IMG/VR virus record: IMGVR_UViG_3300008453_000586
DNA from: a virus
Taxonomy: Duplodnaviria > Heunggongvirae > Uroviricota > Caudoviricetes
Reading direction: 5' to 3' (one strand)
Length of the DNA: 44,225 nucleotides
Shown here: positions 36,349-44,225 of the stretch, piece after piece
Position numbering within the stretch: position 1 is the stretch's first letter
Layout of the letters: each line of letters starts with the position of its first letter
The notes under the pieces: generated by a model
The model's database searches: none
The model's input: the letters and a program-made list of their open reading frames with translations, nothing else
What the model was told of the DNA's origin: nothing
Position numbers and translations under genes: made by a program

Positions 36349-39300
36349 ATGGCAGAATATACATTAGATAGCGTAATAACTGATTGTAGAAAATATTTCA
36401 CAACAACTAGTTCAATAGTAAAAAATCCAGATGGTACTTTATCGGTTTACATAAATAGTAATAATAACAGTAACGTTCCACCTACACCATTTATATTATC
36501 AAAAACTTGTTGTGAAGTTTTAAACACCTTTGACCCAAATAACCCATCCGTTCCATCAACCCCTCAAGGTTATTATTTTGATTTAGAAGAACAAAAATGT
36601 AGATGGCGCGGAAAAAGCAACCCATGTGATGAACCTATTCAAAATATTAAAGTTGTTTTAAACCCTGATGGTAATGACGGGTCTATATTTGATATTGGTG
36701 GTGATGAAAATTGCTCGTTACGAGTTAAATTTAATTATCTTATTAAATTTAATTGTGAGGATTTGGCAAATGTGATTGTTAATAATAATAAAACATCTTC
36801 TACAACCCAGAACGAAGAACTTATAGCGTTAAAAAACAAGCTAGCTGAAGAAACATCAAACTCAGAACAAATTTCGTCTAAATTATCATCTTTGGCTGTT
36901 GAATATTCTAAAACCAATTATTCAATTGTTTGCGATTTATTTCCATATAATGCTAATTCAAAACAAATATCACCAGATATCGCACCTAATACTAGTGCTG
37001 ACACAGTAACTTTAAATAGTGAACAAAAATCAGCGTTTAGCAAAACTGGATTTGGTGATTTAGCACCGATGTCTTTTGCGTTACCAACTAGGGTTGCTAC
37101 TTTTTGTATCATAAATGATGGGTTAGAATATTGGAGAAAAATAATCGGTGAAAATAATTATGTTGGGTTTATTGAAGGTGACCCAGATAGTTACACATGT
37201 AAACACGTTATTGAAATGTATAATCTAAATAATGAGTTAGCCAAACAAGGTAATAACGAAATTATAGTTGAATGCGACACACCTTTTGGTGCCAAAACAG
37301 CCTTAGAAAAAAGCATTAATGAGAACATCATACTTAAACAAAAATCTGATGTTGTGATTAATGATTTAAATGCTGAGATATCAGCAATAGACGCTGATAT
37401 TGTAAATATTAATTGTGTAAACATTTTAGATTATTTTGAAAATTTAACATTAACAGCATCTATTGATGTGGTTAACAATGATAATACATTAACTCCAGTA
37501 CAACCATTACAATTATTTGGTTTACAACAAACTACATTATATAATTGGTTAACACAACACCCTAGCGATAGTGGGTTTTATGTTTGTGGAGCTTCAGAAG
37601 CGCTTAATGATTGTACCCCATTGATTTATCCAGAATTTACTAATGGAGAGTTACCAGAAACCGTAGATGATAATGTTTGTGAAACAGTCAGAAACGCAAT
37701 TTACGATGAGTTATTTGCTCAATCTGGTTACGATACTACTAGTGATTACGATTCATTTAACGCTGCGTTATCACCAACAGTGTTAGCGTCAAATTGGATT
37801 ACATTTGACCAATTATTAACTGGTGATGATTTCATTTCACAAATAGCTAATAAAAAAATAAAATTAAGTATCAATATAAACAATAGTTGTGGTGTATTTT
37901 GTCTTTTAATAGACCAAATAACTTTACAGAGAGAATGTGAAGATAGTTTTGTTTCTACAACACTATTAAATGAATCCCCAGGATTTAATTTAACCAAAAT
38001 AATCGATAACAAAAAATCTTGGTTAAACAATACCGAATATGATTATAGAGATTTTAACATCACAAATGTATTTGATACAAACCCTATTCGCCAAACAGAA
38101 TACGATGTTAATGATGATAGACTAATCATCAACAGCAAAGAAATTGATTTGAATATGAACATAGCATCAGCTGTTGAGTATGATGTTTGGTGTTACATGA
38201 CTGAAAACCCATGTTTACTAACTGGCTCTACGTGTTCTTGTTGTTTAAACTGTGGTGATGCTGACATTAACTTTAGCGAATTTTTAAATTTTGAGGTTTC
38301 AGAAGTAAAAACGATTGAAAATTTTGAATATTTAATGGGTGATTTTATTGATGCAAAATCAAGAAAAATTTTATCTGGGTATCCAACACTTAGGGCGATT
38401 TATGATAGATACATTAATAGTGGTAAATATTGTGCGAAACCTAGCTTAGCTTTTGATTATTATAAAATGGATGAGTTTAGTAATTTAATCACAACCTATT
38501 GGGATGACCTTATTGAACAAGTTATTCCTTCAACAACATTATGGGGTAGTGTTAAAGTGTACACAAACACTATGTTTGACCAACAAAAATTCAAATATAA
38601 AAGTTATACATCCTTGTTTTGTGATGAACCAAAAAATAGGTTTAGAGTACCATTCAACGTCCCAAGTCCAATAAATGGAAACAATGGTTTATGTCAAAAT
38701 GTTGAGGTAATTTTAAGTTATTTACCAACTGAAAGTAGTTTAAAAAATGTTAATACATCAACGTATAATAAAATTTGTTTATCACAAATGAATTATGGTT
38801 CTGAATTTATAGGTAATGTAGATATTATTGGTGAAAATAATACTATAATAAATGATGACAATTTTTGTGGGCCTTGTATACCAGAATTTACTTATAACAA
38901 TGAATTTTATGGTAATCTTTTAATTCGAAACGGACATTCTTTTAACTCAGATGGTACATTGTTATTCATCACAGTTCATAACAATGGTATGGGTGGTGGT
39001 GGACCAGACACTGTAAGAGCATACTCATTATCCACACCATGGGACGTTTCAACTATTAACCCATCAACTCCGATTGCTCAATCAATATCTATGAATCAAT
39101 CTGGTACTACTGCTGTATATGGTCATCATTTTTCACCTAATGGACAATATCTTTTCGTTTGTGGTTCAAATAGCAATTTAATTATTAAATATGAGTTAAC
39201 AACATTTTGGGATGTTTCAACAACAACCTTTACAAATGGAAATACATACAACACAGTTTCGTCTCCATATTATATTGATTTTAGCCCTAATGGCTTATTT

Positions 39301-39708
39301 ATGTTCATCGTCCAAGGTTCTAACATAAAAAGATACACATTAACAACTCCATGGGATATTACAAGTGGGGTTTCTGAAACTCAATCATTACCAAATGGTT
39401 CTGGATTTGATTTATCATTCCAAAATGATGGTTATTATTTATTTTCATTAAACTCAGTGTCGTCAAACCTTTTACTAATTAAAAGGACTTTATCAGTACC
39501 TTATGATTTAACTTCAATAATATCAACTGAAACAATTACTTTAAATAGTATTTTTATTCCATTAGGTAATTTTTTTGGTCTTAGTTTTAAAGATGGTTAT
39601 AAAGGGTTTATTTCAACTTACGCAAGTACTTTCCCAAATAAAATTTACGCGTTTGAACTTGGGTGTGAATACGACATTAAAGGGTCTTTAGTTATTAACC
39701 CTATATAA
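36349..39708 (+). CDS. Putative tail-fibre/receptor-binding protein: Cys-rich N-module, coiled coils, C-terminal beta-propeller repeats
   Basis: Five repeats of F(S/N)xDG..LF(I/V)....Y.L(S/T)TPWD(V/I)ST between 38929 and 39685; coiled-coil segments in the N-terminal third. Confidence 0.65.
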   Translation: MAEYTLDSVITDCRKYFTTTSSIVKNPDGTLSVYINSNNNSNVPPTPFILSKTCCEVLNTFDPNNPSVPSTPQGYYFDLEEQKCRWRGKSNPCDEPIQNIKVVLNPDGNDGSIFDIGGDENCSLRVKFNYLIKFNCEDLANVIVNNNKTSSTTQNEELIALKNKLAEETSNSEQISSKLSSLAVEYSKTNYSIVCDLFPYNANSKQISPDIAPNTSADTVTLNSEQKSAFSKTGFGDLAPMSFALPTRVATFCIINDGLEYWRKIIGENNYVGFIEGDPDSYTCKHVIEMYNLNNELAKQGNNEIIVECDTPFGAKTALEKSINENIILKQKSDVVINDLNAEISAIDADIVNINCVNILDYFENLTLTASIDVVNNDNTLTPVQPLQLFGLQQTTLYNWLTQHPSDSGFYVCGASEALNDCTPLIYPEFTNGELPETVDDNVCETVRNAIYDELFAQSGYDTTSDYDSFNAALSPTVLASNWITFDQLLTGDDFISQIANKKIKLSININNSCGVFCLLIDQITLQRECEDSFVSTTLLNESPGFNLTKIIDNKKSWLNNTEYDYRDFNITNVFDTNPIRQTEYDVNDDRLIINSKEIDLNMNIASAVEYDVWCYMTENPCLLTGSTCSCCLNCGDADINFSEFLNFEVSEVKTIENFEYLMGDFIDAKSRKILSGYPTLRAIYDRYINSGKYCAKPSLAFDYYKMDEFSNLITTYWDDLIEQVIPSTTLWGSVKVYTNTMFDQQKFKYKSYTSLFCDEPKNRFRVPFNVPSPINGNNGLCQNVEVILSYLPTESSLKNVNTSTYNKICLSQMNYGSEFIGNVDIIGENNTIINDDNFCGPCIPEFTYNNEFYGNLLIRNGHSFNSDGTLLFITVHNNGMGGGGPDTVRAYSLSTPWDVSTINPSTPIAQSISMNQSGTTAVYGHHFSPNGQYLFVCGSNSNLIIKYELTTFWDVSTTTFTNGNTYNTVSSPYYIDFSPNGLFMFIVQGSNIKRYTLTTPWDITSGVSETQSLPNGSGFDLSFQNDGYYLFSLNSVSSNLLLIKRTLSVPYDLTSIISTETITLNSIFIPLGNFFGLSFKDGYKGFISTYASTFPNKIYAFELGCEYDIKGSLVINPI

Positions 39709-39719
39709 AAACAAATAAG

Positions 39720-40025
39720 ATGATAATTAAAGGTAGAGATAGGGTTCTTAGGGGTGTTTTGGAAAATTTTTCAGATTTACCAATAGACAAACAAAACAAT
39801 TTTAAATCGATAAAACAAGCGATTGAAGAAACTTTGAATGATAAGTTTAATGTGTACATTTTTGGTAGTTTTAACCATGGATATTGGGATGAAGAATCAG
39901 ATTATGATGTAAATCTAATAGGGAAATCAAATGTTAGTTTAAATGATATAATATCACAAAAAACCAATTTAAAAGTAAATGTGTTTTTTACTGAAAATAA
40001 GTTAGGTAATATTATGATACCATAA
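39720..40025 (+). CDS. Stand-alone minimal nucleotidyltransferase (MNT, Pol beta superfamily)
   Basis: VYIFGS-x10-DYDV (hG[GS]x9-13DhD) in a 101-aa protein; the third-carboxylate position reads KVNVF rather than VD. Confidence 0.75.
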   Translation: MIIKGRDRVLRGVLENFSDLPIDKQNNFKSIKQAIEETLNDKFNVYIFGSFNHGYWDEESDYDVNLIGKSNVSLNDIISQKTNLKVNVFFTENKLGNIMIP

Positions 40026-40037
40026 TATTTATAAATA
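40026..40037. promoter_or_regulatory. Late-promoter-like motif within the palindrome TATTTATAAATA
   Basis: 12-bp palindrome filling the gap between the MNT stop and the ATG at 40037. Confidence 0.4.
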
Positions 40038-40807
40038 TGTTAAAGTTAATTAAGAATATAGAAGGGAATTTTGTTACCAATGTAATTGGTAACATAAACT
40101 ATGCGAATAAAATAAACGCTGAACTTCAAAATAGTGATTGTATACAAATTTATGGGTTTACAGCGTTCCTACAAAATTTATCAACTACTGAAGAAACTGC
40201 TGCGTTGACCATCCCAAATTTATTCGGTTACCAAGTTCAATTTAATCAAGTAGTACAAGATTTAAACTTTAGTACATGCAACAAAAAAGCTAGTTGGTAC
40301 AACATGCAAGAAAGCCCAGAATATATGATGGGTTTGAGTTGTGGTATTTATCCTGGTCCAAGTACAGTCATTTTTACAATAAATAGTTTTGTAATAAACG
40401 GTATTGAAAAAATAACAACACCATTGTCTGCGTCTGTTAATTCGTTAACAGCGAATTGGATACCAGCTAATAATAATGTGGTTTCAGCATGTACAGGTAC
40501 AACTACAGGTTTGACTTATACTGATTTTGTTGATTTTTTAAATGAAACATTTTGGAATTTAGGTGTTAATTATAGAGCTCAAATATCTACGGTTGAAGTA
40601 AACGTTGGGGCTAATAGTAAAAGTGGTTTTTATTTAATTTACCCAGAAGATGATGTGTTTTATCTAAACACATCAAGCAATAGTGGTTTTCCTTTTCTTA
40701 GTTTAATTTATGCTAATAGCGAATTATTAGGTCCAGGCGCTTTTCAATATTACAAAATGACTAACAACGTCACTTACTATTGTGACACAGACACAATAGT
40801 AGAATAA
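40037..40807 (+). CDS. Putative virion/tail-fibre-associated protein (256 aa)
   Basis: Asn/Thr/Ser-rich beta composition within the distal tail cluster; no family recognised. Confidence 0.6.
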   Translation: MLKLIKNIEGNFVTNVIGNINYANKINAELQNSDCIQIYGFTAFLQNLSTTEETAALTIPNLFGYQVQFNQVVQDLNFSTCNKKASWYNMQESPEYMMGLSCGIYPGPSTVIFTINSFVINGIEKITTPLSASVNSLTANWIPANNNVVSACTGTTTGLTYTDFVDFLNETFWNLGVNYRAQISTVEVNVGANSKSGFYLIYPEDDVFYLNTSSNSGFPFLSLIYANSELLGPGAFQYYKMTNNVTYYCDTDTIVE

Positions 40808-40818
40808 AAATTACAAAC

Positions 40819-42288
40819 ATGAGATATCAAGAAAGAATATACATACAAAACGAATACAACGGTGTTAGAAATAAAGATATAAATATTTTTAACATGAGCT
40901 CAGATATGTGCATATTTAACGCACCTAGTTTTTCAGTTTCTGGTGCTTCTAAAATAGATTGCACTGGTTCAACAAGTGGTAATACGTATATTTTATCTGG
41001 CGACACCTCAACCATACCAATGACGTTTATATTCACAGCAAACACTAATAGTTTTATTCAAAACAATGCTGTTTTTCAATATCAAGTTTATAAATATAAT
41101 CCAAAATTTTCTGGTTTTTCATCAACCGCTGTTTATAAATCTAACGACATAGAATTTTCATCATTTAGTGCCACTAGTGCAACAACACAATCAATTCCAG
41201 TGGCTAATTTAAGTTTGGATGGTGATTACATAATAAAAGGTTATTATACGTTTGATGCGTGTACTAACTATTTGAATAAAATGGGTAAAAAACAATACAC
41301 TGGTAATAATGTATTTGGCACACAATATGGTATTTATAATGGAAATACCGATTATTATTTTATTGCGTTTAAAGAAGCTGAAACCCCATTGTTCACATCA
41401 AACGGTAGTAATTATATTAGTAGTGGTTCGTTATCTCAAGCAATATTAAGGGTTGATGATGGAACTATTAATTCAGACCCATTTAATGAAGGTCCATACC
41501 CAACAAACGTAGTTACAATCCCAAACAATTATTATGGTAGTTTTGTTTTAACTTTAAACGGATTGGTTTTAGCTAAAGATTTAGATTATACTGTGGATAA
41601 CACTCTTGTAACATTAAGCGGTTATACTACCAAAGATGATGTAATTACAATTATATACACAACTAATGGTGATAATGTATTAAATAGTGATGTGATTAAC
41701 GTGGCAACTACAATAGTTAGCGGTGCTACAAACAACCAAGGTAATAATTTAATTTATTATAATACAAGTACAAACAAATATGAGGCCTATGCCTCAGTAA
41801 CACCTCAAGACTTTAGCACTATGATTGTAATGTTAAATGGTATTACTTTGGCAAACGGTATTGATTTTTACCAATCAAAAACTAACGCTAAAAGAATTAT
41901 ATTTGAAGGTGAAATAGTCGTTAATGATATAATCACAATTGTTTATTTTCCAGCGATTGATGTTGTTAACTCATTAACCACAAACAACCCTATGATTAGT
42001 TGGTACATATCCAACCCGCCAACAAATAATGATGGTTATTTTACTTTAGAAGTTAGTTCAGATGTTAATTTTGGTTCGTTTTATTATACTGGTAATACTG
42101 ACTATTTTTCTGGTGGACAACACTATAACAATTCATTTATAGCAACTGGTACTACTGGTACAAAATTATATTACAGGGTTAAAAATACCAAAAATTATAC
42201 TACTATTTGTGGTAACGTATTAAATAGCGTTGTCTATAGTGAAACAGTCCCAATAACAATTACAACTAATTCGATAAATTCATACTAA
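40819..42288 (+). CDS. Tail-fibre-associated protein with two Ig-like LNG..L....DY modules and a C-terminal FN3-like domain
   Basis: VLTLNGLVLAKDLDYTV...DDVITIIY and IVMLNGITLANGIDFY...NDIITIVY repeats; FTLEVSSDVNF...LYYRVKN. Confidence 0.65.
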   Translation: MRYQERIYIQNEYNGVRNKDINIFNMSSDMCIFNAPSFSVSGASKIDCTGSTSGNTYILSGDTSTIPMTFIFTANTNSFIQNNAVFQYQVYKYNPKFSGFSSTAVYKSNDIEFSSFSATSATTQSIPVANLSLDGDYIIKGYYTFDACTNYLNKMGKKQYTGNNVFGTQYGIYNGNTDYYFIAFKEAETPLFTSNGSNYISSGSLSQAILRVDDGTINSDPFNEGPYPTNVVTIPNNYYGSFVLTLNGLVLAKDLDYTVDNTLVTLSGYTTKDDVITIIYTTNGDNVLNSDVINVATTIVSGATNNQGNNLIYYNTSTNKYEAYASVTPQDFSTMIVMLNGITLANGIDFYQSKTNAKRIIFEGEIVVNDIITIVYFPAIDVVNSLTTNNPMISWYISNPPTNNDGYFTLEVSSDVNFGSFYYTGNTDYFSGGQHYNNSFIATGTTGTKLYYRVKNTKNYTTICGNVLNSVVYSETVPITITTNSINSY

Positions 42289-42291
42289 TAT

Positions 42292-42341
42292 TATTTACTA
42301 TTAGATATTTATTATTAAAATAAGAACAAAAGATATTTATA
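42292..42341 (+). promoter_or_regulatory. Cluster of late-promoter-like motifs (TATTTAC 42292, GATATTTAT 42304, GATATTTATA 42332)
   Basis: Three related motifs in a 57-nt intergenic gap upstream of the final ORF. Confidence 0.55.
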
Positions 42342-42345
42342 AAAC

Positions 42346-44225
42346 ATGAGTTACATTATAAAAAGCACAAGCCCGTTCGTTAGTATAAAACTAACACAAA
42401 CAGGAAGACAACAATTAGCATTAGGTAGATTAAATTTTAATTATTGGGCTATTGGTGATTCTGAACTTAATTATGAAAGAGAACAAGTTGTTGACACTAA
42501 CTCAACTAATGTGATTTTATCAGCATCTAGTATGGTTTTAAGACCAGTAGATAGAGAACCTAATATTCAATATTATATCAAACCATCAACAACTACAGAC
42601 CCATTACAAATTATTGATGCTGGAGTTCTTAACGTAGTTAAAGCGGTTGTTAATAACGCTGCTGATGAGCGAGGTTTTTTTAGTCGTAATGGAAATGTTT
42701 TTACAACTTTAACTGGTAGCACATATATAGCATACACGCAAAATATTGCAAATAGTGTGTTGACTGGTGGTACTGTTTTAAATTTAACCGCTACCTCAGG
42801 ATTTAGTGTTGGTGACATAGTATTACTTAAAATGGCTAATGACGATTGTGGTGGTTTAATCGTAAACGAAAACACTAGAGCTTTACCTAATTTATGGTTT
42901 AAAGTTAAAACAAAAACTAGTACATCAATAACTGTTGATAGAAAATTACCTAATTATAGTGGTGATTCATCTAGTTCACAGGTTATTGTGTATAGAGGTG
43001 GTGAAGTTTGGAACACTATAGCCACAGGTAACACAACAGCATATTGGGATACTGGAACTTTATCTTTTGATTCTGCAAATAATGTGACTTGTGACAATGT
43101 ACCTGTTTGGAATATGAATAATGTTTGGTGTGAATCACCAGCTGGTATAACTGGTACGACTTACGAAGATTACACTAAATTTGGGTCTTATACTTATTTA
43201 GGGCAAAAATATCCTTTCTTAAGATTTGGTTGTGATTCCTCAACAACAAGTGGAACAACTAATTGTGACGGTGTTGGTTTAAGTTATGCAGATGAAATAA
43301 GCAAATCAATATCTATTCTTCATTATACAAACAATACAATTTCTAATTTGTATGGTGAGTTTTTCTATACTGATACACTTAATGGTAAATATTTTAAAGT
43401 ATATTTCCCTGATATGATGTATCATAAGTATAGTGCATCAACAGCTAGTGGTACTTCTCAAGGTATGGCGTTTATAGCGACTGGTGCAACTCAAACACTT
43501 GGTACTACAGATTTAGAATATATAGACTTGATTGAAGACCCAACATACATAACTCCATCAATACCACAAGTTGTTGGTAAAATATATCCACAATTAAAAA
43601 TAGCTGTGTTTACTGATGATGAAATTGTGTCAGCAATATCTTATAAATCAAACAGAAACTGGACACTTCCAGAATTAGCAGCGGTTCTTAACGCACCTAC
43701 TGGTACAACTTCTAGCGGTGCTTTGAATGTTGGTGAGACAATGTATTTAACTTACATATTAGAGAACAACGCAAACGCTGGATTACAAACAGCGATGCCG
43801 TGTCAAAAATACATAAAAATAACCAACAATACAACAGCATCTAAAGACATCGCTTTTAGAATTAAAGAAACTGATTTATTACCATACATGCGTAAAATTG
43901 AGGATGCTGGTTATGATGGTTTAGGTTTCCATGCGGATAAATTCAAATTAGTTTATCAAATAGTGGGTGATTCAGGTGTGAGACCAAGTTCAGATAGTTG
44001 GAAAGTTGCTGATTTTACAACAACAGCTATAACTAGTGTTGCTGGTGAAACAATCGACCCAAAACTATTAGAAAATCAAACTCCATCAACAATTGGATTT
44101 ATTTTGGATAAAAACAAAGCTACTGGTTCAACAACTTTTGACCTTATTAGCATTTTGAATATGGCGGCAAACACATCACCGACTGATTTACAATTTGGTG
44201 ATGAAAGATTTTTCTATGGTAATTT
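42346..44225 (+). CDS. Tail-collar/fibre-attachment protein (P2 gpH N-terminus / DUF3751-like), 3'-truncated by the window end
   Basis: Not in the ORF track because it has no stop. I translated it: open for 626 codons, starting MSYIIKSTSPFVSIKLTQTGRQQLALGRLNFNYWAIGDSE (LT..GR..LA....F...AIGDS signature) and ending ...LQFGDERFFYGN. Confidence 0.8.
   Translation, partial: MSYIIKSTSPFVSIKLTQTGRQQLALGRLNFNYWAIGDSELNYEREQVVDTNSTNVILSASSMVLRPVDREPNIQYYIKPSTTTDPLQIIDAGVLNVVKAVVNNAADERGFFSRNGNVFTTLTGSTYIAYTQNIANSVLTGGTVLNLTATSGFSVGDIVLLKMANDDCGGLIVNENTRALPNLWFKVKTKTSTSITVDRKLPNYSGDSSSSQVIVYRGGEVWNTIATGNTTAYWDTGTLSFDSANNVTCDNVPVWNMNNVWCESPAGITGTTYEDYTKFGSYTYLGQKYPFLRFGCDSSTTSGTTNCDGVGLSYADEISKSISILHYTNNTISNLYGEFFYTDTLNGKYFKVYFPDMMYHKYSASTASGTSQGMAFIATGATQTLGTTDLEYIDLIEDPTYITPSIPQVVGKIYPQLKIAVFTDDEIVSAISYKSNRNWTLPELAAVLNAPTGTTSSGALNVGETMYLTYILENNANAGLQTAMPCQKYIKITNNTTASKDIAFRIKETDLLPYMRKIEDAGYDGLGFHADKFKLVYQIVGDSGVRPSSDSWKVADFTTTAITSVAGETIDPKLLENQTPSTIGFILDKNKATGSTTFDLISILNMAANTSPTDLQFGDERFFYGN

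Noticed and set aside
721-42875. All other minus-strand and alternative-frame ORFs in the track (for example 5906-6220, 12516-12914, 19846-20208, 34994-35371, 4284-4520, 33410-33637)
   Set aside because: They are fully nested in well-supported plus-strand genes and have no recognisable motifs; typical AT-rich shadow ORFs.
1-44225. Stop-codon recoding (as in some large Bacteroidota phages)
   Set aside because: Genes are full length in code 11, and TAG (15475, 17070) and TGA (32587) act as true stops at natural protein ends.
1-44225. CRISPR array, tRNA, rRNA, integrase or transposase, DGR template/variable repeat pair
   Set aside because: No regularly spaced repeats, cloverleaf, recombinase or reverse-transcriptase motifs, or long near-identical repeats were seen; intergenic gaps are short.

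Overview
A 44-kb, AT-rich, entirely plus-strand segment of a large contractile-tailed (myovirus-type) dsDNA phage, read in standard code 11. The host is most likely a Bacteroidota bacterium: TAnnTTTG promoters, A-rich Shine-Dalgarno-less starts, SprB-like repeats and a DDLPF SSB tail all point that way. The layout has five parts: (1) tail-tip/baseplate block I (77-11072), with a tube-fold protein carrying an inserted OmpA-like domain, a LysM/gp53-like wedge protein, and a 2120-aa hub fused to a lambda-R-like muralytic domain and an SGNH esterase; (2) four hypothetical genes; (3) a terminator-bounded replication/nucleotide module (gp32-like SSB, RecA/UvsX, 5'-3' exonuclease, an unknown, DnaB-like helicase, nrdB, nrdA); (4) baseplate block II (gp25, gp6/J, a small membrane protein, a 1524-aa SprB-repeat protein, several unknown virion proteins, an unannotated gp51-like micro-ORF, a P2 gpI-like wedge, a beta-propeller protein); (5) a lone minimal nucleotidyltransferase, fibre-associated genes and a tail-collar-fibre-like ORF (42346 to the window end) missing from the ORF track. 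The best candidate new biology is a virion-borne peptidoglycan bind/de-O-acetylate/cleave toolkit in the baseplate and a strongly enriched [S/T]-G-x-T motif confined to virion proteins that may be a modification sequon. All family assignments come from motif recognition by eye; no database search was run.
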